From Obrimoposthia wandeli (taxonomy: Eukaryota): a stretch of DNA of 64,000 bases. The stretch spans positions 1-64,000 of the forward strand of contig CDROCS010005497.1 in assembly GCA_977020255.1 (NCBI GenBank). The letters run 5' to 3'. The position numbers were made by a program, and so were the translations under genes. Below are positions 1 through 7,989 of the stretch, one piece after another; the first letter of the stretch is position 1, and each line of letters opens with the position of its first letter. The notes under the pieces were generated by a model that was not told the origin of the DNA, made no database searches, and saw only the letters and a program-made list of their open reading frames with translations.

Positions 1-560
1 AAAACTTAGGAATCTGAATTCAGACTTTCGAAGAAAATGTCGTAGACGTTGGTTCAATTCACAAACATCAGGGGGCTCATCACCAAGCATTCTCAGGAAC
101 GACTTAGACACTAAAGCCACGGAACATGGAGTAGTTTATCCCCTAGCTTCAGCCCAAGATGACAAACCAAACTTTTAGGAATTATGGCAAATCGACTCAG
201 GAGATCTGTAATGTAGCTCACTATGAGTACAGAGTTGCAAATGGAACATTAGGTACAGATTTAAAAATACGTACAAGGAAGATGTGAAGCAATCATTATT
301 CAGGATACTAGTATCTCAGCAGTAGAAACTCTATTAAATGTATCTCAAGCAGCTTACAAGATAAAGAAAAAGAACTCAACCTTATCAGAAAAACAAACTG
401 AACTTGCCACAATCTACTCTAGAACAGGTTTCAAAACCTTTTACAGACACAATTAGACCTGAAAATGTAAAAGAAAGCAGCTACAGCTCAACACCACCCC
501 ACCATCTTGGAAAGGTGGTACAAGTAAGACTCTATCAACAATCGTAAACAACCCGTCTAG
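1..560 (+). pseudogene. 3' part of an unidentified gene, broken by frameshifts (probably assembly indels)
   Basis: A coding-like stretch can be read in pieces (e.g. VANGTLGTD..YVQGRCEAIIIQDTSISAVETLLNVSQAAYKIKKKNSTLSEKQTELATIYSRTGF) but no continuous frame exists; end coordinate approximate. Confidence 0.3.
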
Positions 561-574
561 TTGACAGAGGAAAC

Positions 575-756
575 ATGAACAGCTAACTTTAGCTGAGAAG
601 GTAAACTACTTACTAACATTAGACAAAGTCTACTATGGGGACCATATAACGCTTACAGACTATACAACATTAACCGAAACTGAAATCAAAGAAAGTATTG
701 ATGACACTTGGGAACTAATAGAGGAAGAATTAGCCCATACCTTTAGAAACTACTAA
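575..756 (+). pseudogene. small hypothetical gene, frameshifted
   Basis: GAGG RBS then ATG at 575; a long open stretch in a shifted frame ends at TAA 754-756. Confidence 0.3.
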
Positions 757-874
757 CCTAACTCGGGCAATGATTGAAGCATTAGTATCATATGGAGTTG
801 CAAGAGCAACCCTAATAACAGCTCCAGACTATCAAATAGCTAGCTGGTATACAAACTCACTATAAGGAACCAAT

Positions 875-1663
875 ATGCTACACTATTACGACCCCGAGAA
901 AACTAAATTCTACAGACAATTCGAGATCCAAAGAAAACAAGAAAACCAGAAGAATTTGTGCTCCTTCATCAGCCTTACTAAGCCTACGAAACCTGTTATC
1001 AGACTATGAAATCATGTTCCGTAATCTTGCAATAATGAATAACAGAAATTTTCCATGGTTTCGCTTAAGAATCGTAACATTGTAACGTGCAGAGCCACAA
1101 AGGTTTTTCAAAACACAATTACTATGGACATCTCAAACTGTTTTGACTCAATAACAAGAGAAATGCTTGAAACTAAGATAATAGCAAAACTGCTACCAGC
1201 AGAGAAGTTTTCCATAAGAACAATAGCTTAGCACAAGGTTTTTGCAACATCACCAATATTAGCCAACATCTACCTAATAGCACCTATCACGGTCTTAAGA
1301 AAGATGAGTAGCTAAACTTGTAGAATAGACTTTTTCCCTAACATGTTACGCAGATGATATACATATTAGTACAAATTGCATAGATGAAGGAAAGCTAGGC
1401 TTAATCAACAGATGGTTATCTACATCTTTCGCTTAATATAAGTTGATAGTAAACAACTAAAACAAAGTAGCCTACACTAGAATTTGGTAATAGAAGAATC
1501 TTAGGAATACAAGTTGGAGACTATACACTAACTCCATCTAGAAAACTCAAGAAGAAAAATCCGAGCAGCCGTCTACCAAAAACAATGGACCATCTCTAGG
1601 AGGACTAGTTACAGCTTCAAAAGATGTATCTACCCAAACTTTTAGAGACAAGAGAAACAATAA
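875..1663 (+). CDS. retron-type reverse transcriptase, ~260 aa, frameshifted in this assembly
   Basis: AAGGA RBS, ATG 875. Frame-stitched motifs occur in the correct order: FYRQFEI-(P)KK..RRICAPS, FHGF(R)..NRNIVTC..HKG, TMDISNCFDSIT (~1120-1155), LAQGF-ATSPILANIYL (~1228-1278), YADDIHIS (~1346-1369), RILGIQVG, PSRKLKKK(I)RAAVYQ, TAA 1661-1663. Confidence 0.88.
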
Positions 1664-1671
1664 GCCCTATA

Positions 1672-1911
1672 AGCGAGTGCTTAGTAAGGGGAGTATATAG
1701 AAATAAGTACTTAACAAGACTATGAATATAGTGAAGCAGTTCGAATCGGCTGTGTAACAATTGCTATATTTATGATAGTTTTGGGCAAAAGCCCAACTAT
1801 CACCTACGCTTCATCTCCAGTGATCTCTGGTAAACAGGGCCCTCAGGCCCCTGGCATCCAGATCTACGCCGACGCTGTCAAGTATATATACTCTCTCATT
1901 AAGCACTCACT
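1672..1911 (+). ncRNA. retron-like msr/msd ncRNA unit 1
   Basis: Terminal inverted repeats 1672-1699 / 1885-1911; TAG at 1698-1700; conserved motif 1736-1760; ATAGTT..AACTAT hairpin 1774-1801; further hairpin ~1822-1864. Confidence 0.8.
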
Positions 1912-2217
1912 AAGTTAACAGCGAAGCACTAGATAGACATAAAATTAACGCTATGTTCTTATTAGTAGCTCGTTTCGGCTATGTAACCAACGATACGAAT
2001 AAGATAGTTAAACCAAAATGATCTAGTTCAAATATTCTCCGAATATATGATCCTAGATCATAAAGGAATAACTATCTACAGAGACCAGCATCAAAGCTGG
2101 TTAGCACGTATCTAGTGTTTCGTTAAGCTAACACCAACAATTATTTTACTGAAGCACCTATTAGAAATTAAATAAACTAAGAGTACTTTGGAGCAGTTCG
2201 AATCGGCTGTGTAACAA
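1735..2217 (+). repeat. three-copy direct repeat at ~228 nt period (AGCAGTTCGAATCGGCTGTGTAACAA)
   Basis: Identical 26-mers at 1735-1760 and 2192-2217; an 18/23-identical copy at 1965-1987. Confidence 0.92.
1914..2132 (+). ncRNA. retron-like msr/msd ncRNA unit 2
   Basis: Terminal IR 1914-1935 / 2109-2132; TAG 1934-1936; variant motif GTAGCTCGTTTCGGCTATGTAAC from 1965; long hairpin AGATAGTTA..TAACTATCT 2002-2077; hairpin ACCAGC/GCTGGT 2085-2102. Confidence 0.8.
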
Positions 2218-2346
2218 CTGATTTACTTATAGTTTAGCGCTCCGCGTGCTACCAGGACCCAAGGGTCTAGATCCACCGCGCAAAACTATTACCTGAGGAC
2301 CGTATCCGTCTTCCAGAAGGTAATAAGGTGTTTCAGTAAGATAATT
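2139..2346 (+). ncRNA. retron-like msr/msd ncRNA unit 3
   Basis: Terminal IR 2139-2163 / 2321-2346, paired throughout with 2 G-U and 1 bulge; TAG 2162-2164; motif 2193-2217; hairpin ATAGTTT..AAAACTAT 2229-2289; second hairpin ~2288-2323. Confidence 0.8.
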
Positions 2347-2360
2347 ACAAAAGGAATAAC

Positions 2361-2559
2361 ATGGAAGATTTTGAAAACAAGAATTAAGTATAGGTGACAA
2401 GTAGCATTCATCGGAGGCTGGAGTGGAAGTAGTATTTACTTAAAAGAAGGCTATATAGCAAAAATAACCTCTAAACGAATAATAGTAGCAGATAATAACT
2501 ACGATACAGAGTATACTACCCCTGTTAAACCAACTCGAATAGTAAAACTAACGCAGTAA
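2361..2559 (+). CDS. small hypothetical protein (~65 aa), frameshifted in assembly
   Basis: AAGGA RBS, ATG 2361; stitched read MEDFENK..SIGD.VAFIGGWSGSSIYLKEGYIAKITSKRIIV...IVKLTQ*; TAATG overlap with the next gene. Confidence 0.5.
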
Positions 2560-2944
2560 TGATAACTTTACCAATCTACTGGACAAACATTAAAGTACAA
2601 TTAAATCCACTACTCACTTAGTAGGAAGAGAATTTTTTAAAACGCTCAATTTTCATGTTAAGAATAAGATGAAAAAGACTATACTGAATTAGTCGCAGCT
2701 CAGAAAGATAACCTTTCACCACTAGAGAGGCCATTTGATTACGTATGTAGTATACTAAGAACCCTTCAATGGATGCTAGTAATGTTGCCTCTAAGATAGA
2801 AAAATTCTATTTAGATGCACTCCAACATATAGGAATTATCCCTGAAGATAATGTGAAGTACCATAAGAAATCAACTTGGATCGTTGGGGGTCAAGATAAA
2901 GACAACCCAAGACTGGAAATATTTATAAAGGAGTTTGAGAATGA
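2559..2944 (+). CDS. RusA-like Holliday junction resolvase/endodeoxyribonuclease, frameshifted
   Basis: MITLPIYW start; the intact part reads DASNVASKIEKFYLDALQHIGIIPEDNVKY, matching the RusA D-x-x-N..K..DAL..G..DD-like pattern. Track ORF 2769-3020 appears to fuse this gene to the polymerase start through an indel. Confidence 0.6.
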
Positions 2945-3761
2945 TCAAGCCTACAACAAACATATCAAACATCTTGATGCCTCCAAAATAGCAGTCTGGG
3001 ACATTGAAGCAGAGAACTAATCCCTAAACAAGGGCCATTAGAGTGTAAACCTTATCTTCTGTAACCATATAAAAGTTAATGCAGAACCTTTAAAGAGATT
3101 CACATACTTATGGCATCCAACATCCTCAGGCAATCTTAAAGGGGCAAACAATCTTATAAACTCCTGTGAATTCATGGTTGGTCACAATATCATTAACTTT
3201 GATATCACAGTAATTGAAAACAAGATAGGTAAGCTTACACCTTATCCCTTAGACACTCTACTAATAGCCAAACTTATGTACACTTCCGATGAGCTCCTCT
3301 CAATGGATATCGGAATCAAAGATATGCCCTAAAGAAGCCTTATGGGACGATACTCATTAAAAGCTTTCGGTTACAGGTTCAAATCTAACAAGATAATCTT
3401 CGAACAATTTGACAAGATGACTGATGACATGCTTGATTACTGCGACCAAGATGTGTTATTAACTTTTAAGTTATTCACACACCTACGTTCTATGCCAAAC
3501 TTTCCCTCAATGGAAACTATCCATTTAGAGAACCAAGTAGCTAATATCATAAAATACCAAGAACAAGCAGGTTTTTACTTCAACATCGAAGCAGCCCGAA
3601 AACTCTACACAGAAATGCGTTTCGAACAAGGTACAATCGAACGAAGACTAAAGAAAAGGTTCCGTCCTATGTTTTTACCCGACGGTAAGCCTAAAGAAAC
3701 TAACAAACTAATAAAAAGAAAAATCTACACGGAGGACACAAACTATGGCATTAACATCTAG
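2941..3761 (+). CDS. DNA polymerase family A, N-terminal polypeptide (3'-5' exonuclease domain); 5' half frameshifted
   Basis: AAGGAG RBS before ATG 2941; ExoI VWDIEA, ExoII VGHNIINFDI, LDTLLIAK, YSLKAFG, ExoIII YCDQDV, then LENQVANII..QEQAGFYFN; stop at 3761. Confidence 0.8.
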
Positions 3762-4629
3762 CGTATGGGAAGACAATCCTTACTCATACAGACAAAACAC
3801 TACAGCAGTTGCTACTTCCCTTCAGGGCCAAAGATACAACTATGCAGGTGATGCCAACGTATTCGAGGCAGATACCTACAGCACAGAAGAGTTAAACAGT
3901 ATACACGTCCCAGAACGACTATTTCAACATGCAATGACTAATGGAGTACAATTTGGATCAAGAGCTCTAGGAGTACACACCGACGAAAGTGATTACGACG
4001 TAGCTATGCTCTATGAAGACTATATAATGCTAAACTCTAAGTTTGAAGCTTTTGCCTCAATCTTAGACAAACACTCAGGAGATATTGGAAAATATTCTCG
4101 AAACGAGCCTGAACATGGCTTCCATACATTAATTCGTAAACTACTTATAAAGTTAGATACAAGTTGTCTAGAAACAACTCACACTGCGAGACTAGATATT
4201 CTAGTAGTAAAAACCGAAGAAGATTTAGATGTAATTCGATCAGCTATTCAGGATATTCGCAACATACCTTCTTATATCCTTTCTCAAAAAAAACTTCGTA
4301 TAGAGCTATACCAATCAGCCTTATATGAGCGTGGTTGGCGAGAAGCTACAAGAAGACGTCACGTTCGTGGTAGACCAGACCGAGTTATAGGTCAACGAAT
4401 AAACAATGGAATAGAAGCACTACATAGACAGGCTTTTCAAGCTCAGGATATAATTCCTGGTGAAGTGCCTCTACCTATAAGACCTTACGGGACAGGTACT
4501 CTAGAGGATCAACAGAGTATTCTTGAAAGCCAAGCAGACAGATTAACACTTGTACAGGAAAGTCTACGTAGACATCAGGTAGCTAGAAACTCTCCTCCAA
4601 TTTTATCAGCCTCAGATGCAGTTTTCTAA
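3745..4629 (+). CDS. Pol beta-superfamily nucleotidyltransferase inserted within the DNA polymerase gene
   Basis: FGSRALGVHTDESDYD (GS-x10-DxD) plus a later RLDILVV acidic residue; GGAGG RBS; overlaps both polymerase pieces. Confidence 0.7.
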   Translation: MALTSSVWEDNPYSYRQNTTAVATSLQGQRYNYAGDANVFEADTYSTEELNSIHVPERLFQHAMTNGVQFGSRALGVHTDESDYDVAMLYEDYIMLNSKFEAFASILDKHSGDIGKYSRNEPEHGFHTLIRKLLIKLDTSCLETTHTARLDILVVKTEEDLDVIRSAIQDIRNIPSYILSQKKLRIELYQSALYERGWREATRRRHVRGRPDRVIGQRINNGIEALHRQAFQAQDIIPGEVPLPIRPYGTGTLEDQQSILESQADRLTLVQESLRRHQVARNSPPILSASDAVF

Positions 4630-5256
4630 TGCAAAAATATTCTTTACGTCCCTATAGAAGACCAACTTCTTATTTCAAAAACGGACGAATAAAACTCCCA
4701 GCCAAGAACAAATATAAATGGTTCTCAACTCCGCACTCTCTCCATTATGAGTACAAAAATGGAGAATACCAGCCAATCAAACTTACAAAGTTCGACGCAA
4801 CTGATAACCAAATAAAAGTCTGGTTAAAACGTATGTATAACTTCTCCTTCCAAACCTTCACGGACAAAGGTAACGTAAAAGTAGACCGAGACCAACTCGA
4901 ATCCTTAGGAGACTATGGGAAAGATCTAAGACGATACCTTAAGCTTAAGAAAGATATGTCCCAGCTAGGTGGAACAGATAACTCACTAATAGCCTCATGC
5001 TTACCTTCCGACCAATCAATCCATGGTCGAGTAGATACAATTGGAGCAGCAACACACCGTTGCACCCATTCGTCCCCAAACTTAGCTCAAATACCCTCCG
5101 ATGGAGCATTCCGAGGACTATTCACAACCCCTCCAGGTTACACACTCATTGGTGCCGATTTAGCTAACATAGAGATCCGAGTATTAGCCCACTATCTAGC
5201 AACATATGATGGCGGAGAATATGCTAAAGCCGTACTATCAAAAGATATGCACTGGT
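4629..5256 (+). CDS. DNA polymerase family A, C-terminal polypeptide, exon 1
   Basis: IHGRVDTIGAATHRCTHSSPNLAQIP; motif A LIGADLANIEIRVLAHY; ends KDMHW at the intron 5' splice site. Confidence 0.9.
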
Positions 5257-6455
5257 TAACGACTTGTAATTATTAACTCCTTAAGAGTTATTTGATGAAA
5301 ATACTCAAATGATAGAATACCTCTTAATGATAGAAGAATTACAATGTTACAGCCACGCTACACAGTAATGTGTAGATGATAAATCCATTAATTGCTGGAA
5401 ACTCTCGTAAGGTCTCAGATACCAAAGTGTAACAATTCTGAGAATAGAGACAATCAGCAGCGAGGATAATTACCCAGCCAATCCTACATGGAGAAGCTGG
5501 CTTTAAGCTTTATTACAGTATAATTAGTAATAAAGGATTAAGAATATGAAAAGATGGACACAAGATATGTTACCACTAGAGATAGTTCAAGACTTAGGTC
5601 TTATCTATGCTACGGACAAAAGCGCAAATAAGTCTCGATACATGATATTTAAATGCAGCTGCTGTTCAAATACCTTTAGATCTGAACCTTCTAAAGTACT
5701 AAGTGGAGCAAAAAGTAAGTGCTACATGTGTGTAAACCCTAAACTACTAGACGTAACAACAGGGAAGAAGCCATGTGGGACATGTAAAGAAAGTAAAGAT
5801 TCTAGTGAGTTCTATGCTAATAAGGCTAAGAAAGACCTGCTAGACAGTAGATGTAAGGTATGTGCTGATACATACAAAATATCATGGATTAAAAAGAATC
5901 CAGATACTGTTGAAAAGTATATATCAGACAGAGAAAATGCTAGACTCTTAAAAAGGTATGGTATCACCACTGATGAATACAATGTAATAGCTACTAAGCA
6001 GAAGCATTGTTGTAAAATCTGTGGTAATACTGCATCTCAAGGTAGAGCTCGCTCTAAGTTCCTTAGTGTTGACCATTGTCACACAACTGGAACTATACGA
6101 GGCTTACTCTGTCAAAAGTGTAACACTGGTATTGGACTGCTTGGTGATACACACTCTTCTTTACTTAAAGCTTTAGAATATCTTGAACCTCATAAGTAAT
6201 TATTCCGTTCAACGACTATCCCTTCGGGGAGTACACTCAAGTGAGTGGAAACATGGATTACCCTGTAATGGGTAAAGATATAGTCTAGTCTACATGGAAA
6301 CATGTAGGAGTTATGTACTTAAGTGAGAACACTTAAGAAGTGTTAGAGATCTCACGGAAGCACACTATGAACGTAGACCCTTTTCGAAATAGGGACTAGT
6401 GTTCTCAATTAAGTACATAACCGGCATGAACTAACGACTCGTGTTGAATATAACG
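5257..6455 (+). mobile_element. group I intron (IA2-like) in the DNA polymerase gene
   Basis: P AATTGCTGGAA ~5390, Q AATCAGCAG 5452-5460, R GTTCAACGACTA 6207, S AAGATATAGTCTA ~6275; P3 AATCCAT/ATGGATT. Exon ends in U (5256), intron ends in G (6455); splicing restores the in-frame read DMHW-YHAKLAG...ARTQSKGFFFGYLYG. Confidence 0.9.
5546..6199 (+). CDS. intron-encoded homing endonuclease, endonuclease VII-like (His-Me finger) with Zn-finger N-terminus
   Basis: CKICG...LSVDHCHTTGTIRGLLCQKCNTGIGLLGD; several CxxC pairs; lies between Q and R of the intron; own TATAAT (5519-5524) and AAGGA RBS. Confidence 0.9.
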   Translation: MKRWTQDMLPLEIVQDLGLIYATDKSANKSRYMIFKCSCCSNTFRSEPSKVLSGAKSKCYMCVNPKLLDVTTGKKPCGTCKESKDSSEFYANKAKKDLLDSRCKVCADTYKISWIKKNPDTVEKYISDRENARLLKRYGITTDEYNVIATKQKHCCKICGNTASQGRARSKFLSVDHCHTTGTIRGLLCQKCNTGIGLLGDTHSSLLKALEYLEPHK

Positions 6456-7219
6456 ATCACGCAAAACTAGCAGGATTCTGGACTGAAGATGACCGAGATT
6501 GGCCAGATGACGCTCATGCAAGTGACCGTACTCCCGCTATGAAACAAGCCAGAACCCAATCTAAAGGTTTTTTCTTCGGTTACCTTTATGGACAAGGATC
6601 AACTATACGTGGCCACACATTATGGTACGATGGCTGTCTAGGAGAATATGATCAGAAAGAATACAACATAGCCAAAAAAGCTATTGAACGTAGACTCAAG
6701 AAAGTAGAAGGTCAATTCCTCTTCCCTCTTAAAAAGGACGAATACGTTGAATACGAAGAACTACTGATCCTAAAAACAATCTATGGTAAACGAATAGCTG
6801 ATACTTTCCTAGAGAAATTAACAGGTATTAAAGAGCTCATAGAAGACTGTAAAGAGCAATCCAAATCCAAAGGTACAATCACAGGAATAGATGGTCGAGA
6901 GCTCTACAGTAGGTCTCCACACTCTGCCCTGAACCTTTTATTACAAGGCTCTGCGGGAATCGTAGCTAAAAAATGGATGGTAAACTACCATGCACTGGCC
7001 TACGAGAACAAACTAACAAATGGCAGAGGTAATGATTTTTATCAGATGGCTTACATCCATGATGAATTCCAAGTAGCCTGCAAAGACACCCCTGAAAAAG
7101 TCAAAATCCTATGCAACTGCCTAGAACAAGGTGCTGCTATGGTGACAGACCAATTTAATTTCAAAATACAAATCAAAGCTGATGCTGGAGCAGGGGAAAC
7201 TTGGGCCCAAACTCACTAA
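6456..7219 (+). CDS. DNA polymerase family A, C-terminal polypeptide, exon 2
   Basis: Motif B RTQSKGFFFGYLYG, ALNLLLQGSAG, motif C YIHDEFQ, ends GETWAQTH; in frame with exon 1 after splicing. Confidence 0.92.
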
Positions 7220-7228
7220 GGAAATAAC

Positions 7229-7381
7229 ATGTCCTACACAAAAGAAGATATTAATGGTTATACTGTATATAGAAACCTTTACAGCGGACTATACAATGTA
7301 ACTCGAACTAAGAAGCCTATATCACAAAGAATATCCTATAATAGTATGAGACTTCTTGTTGATCTTAGTGCAAATATTTAA
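7229..7381 (+). CDS. hypothetical protein (50 aa)
   Basis: AAGGA RBS, open frame MSYTKEDINGY... Confidence 0.5.
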   Translation: MSYTKEDINGYTVYRNLYSGLYNVTRTKKPISQRISYNSMRLLVDLSANI

Positions 7382-7398
7382 CCCATTAAGGAAACACT

Positions 7399-7515
7399 AT
7401 GAACCAATGCATAAAATGTGGCAGAAACTACTTCGAGCCATACTGCGCAACCTGTAAACTAACAATACCACCTAAATCTACTTTTAGACTTTCTAGTTCA
7501 GGAGAGCCAAAATGA
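7399..7515 (+). CDS. small Cys4 zinc-finger-like protein (38 aa)
   Basis: AAGGA RBS; MNQCIKCGRNYFEPYCATCK. Confidence 0.45.
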   Translation: MNQCIKCGRNYFEPYCATCKLTIPPKSTFRLSSSGEPK

Positions 7516-7703
7516 CAGTAGAAGTACAAGCAGTAATAACAGTAGTATTTAGCTTAATCTCATTCATTTCCACTATCTGGTGGATTCAAATCTACAAAGC
7601 AGATCAAAAAGGATACTGTGCGGGCCTAGGCTCACTCATGGCTATAGGCTTATTTGGTATCCCTAATCTACTTATGTGGTTAATATACTTCATAATATAC
7701 TAA
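7512..7703 (+). CDS. small membrane protein
   Basis: Two hydrophobic segments; GGAG RBS. Confidence 0.6.
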   Translation: MTVEVQAVITVVFSLISFISTIWWIQIYKADQKGYCAGLGSLMAIGLFGIPNLLMWLIYFIIY

Positions 7704-7901
7704 TAGAGAACACCTCCATAAAGTGAACCTTGAAAAGAATTAGGTCGGAGCTCATAGGTCGACAAGTTGGGATAAGAGTTCCTTGTATACAACATTACGT
7801 CGTATATTCTACACCTTATCAATAACGTCCATAGGTAGCACCTTTAAACTTGTAAACCGTGAAAGCGTAGTCGTCCCTAGAGACTTAAAACCTAGGACTA
7901 T

Positions 7902-7973
7902 GGGGACTTAATTCAGTTGGTAGAAGGCTAGGTTTATCCCGTGCAGTCACTGGTTCAAACCCAGTAGTCCCCA
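7902..7973 (+). tRNA. tRNA-like element with non-pairing anticodon arm (identity unassignable)
   Basis: Acceptor GGGGACT/AGTCCCC, D-loop AGTTGGTA, T-arm ACTGG-TTCAAAC-CCAGT; anticodon stem CTAGG/CGTGC does not pair; no encoded CCA. Confidence 0.55.
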
Positions 7974-7989
7974 GCAACAAATTACAAAT

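Noticed and set aside
875-1663. Group II intron RT/maturase
   Set aside because: The ORF is too short (~260 aa), lacks domain X/En, is not inside a host gene, and no domain V/VI sequence was seen downstream.
1735-2217. CRISPR mini-array
   Set aside because: The spacers are ~200 nt, highly structured and bounded by unit-specific inverted repeats. There are only three repeats, one divergent with covariation, and no cas genes.
2248-2256. CTACCAGGA in ncRNA unit 3 matching the ssb leader motif (16942-16950)
   Set aside because: Only a 9-nt match with dissimilar flanks; not distinguishable from chance in 64 kb.
875-2346. Diversity-generating retroelement (RT plus TR/VR targeting tail fibres)
   Set aside because: The RT motifs are retron-like (FHGFR..RNIV.C..H). 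I found no template repeat matching any tail-gene 3' end with adenine-specific mismatches, and no Avd-like gene.
2769-3020. 83 aa ORF as a genuine gene
   Set aside because: It appears to be an artefactual fusion of the RusA-like C-terminus and the polymerase N-terminus (ExoI DIE) created by an indel near 2941.
1-3341. Stop-codon reassignment or programmed frameshifting explaining the broken ORFs
   Set aside because: The breaks are frame changes at many irregular sites, not in-frame stops. All other genes read normally with the standard code.
3745-4629. Second self-splicing intron or intein around the NTase insert
   Set aside because: The ORFs overlap on both sides, leaving no non-coding core. 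The stop codon ends the polymerase frame, and no intein C1/His-Asn termini are present.
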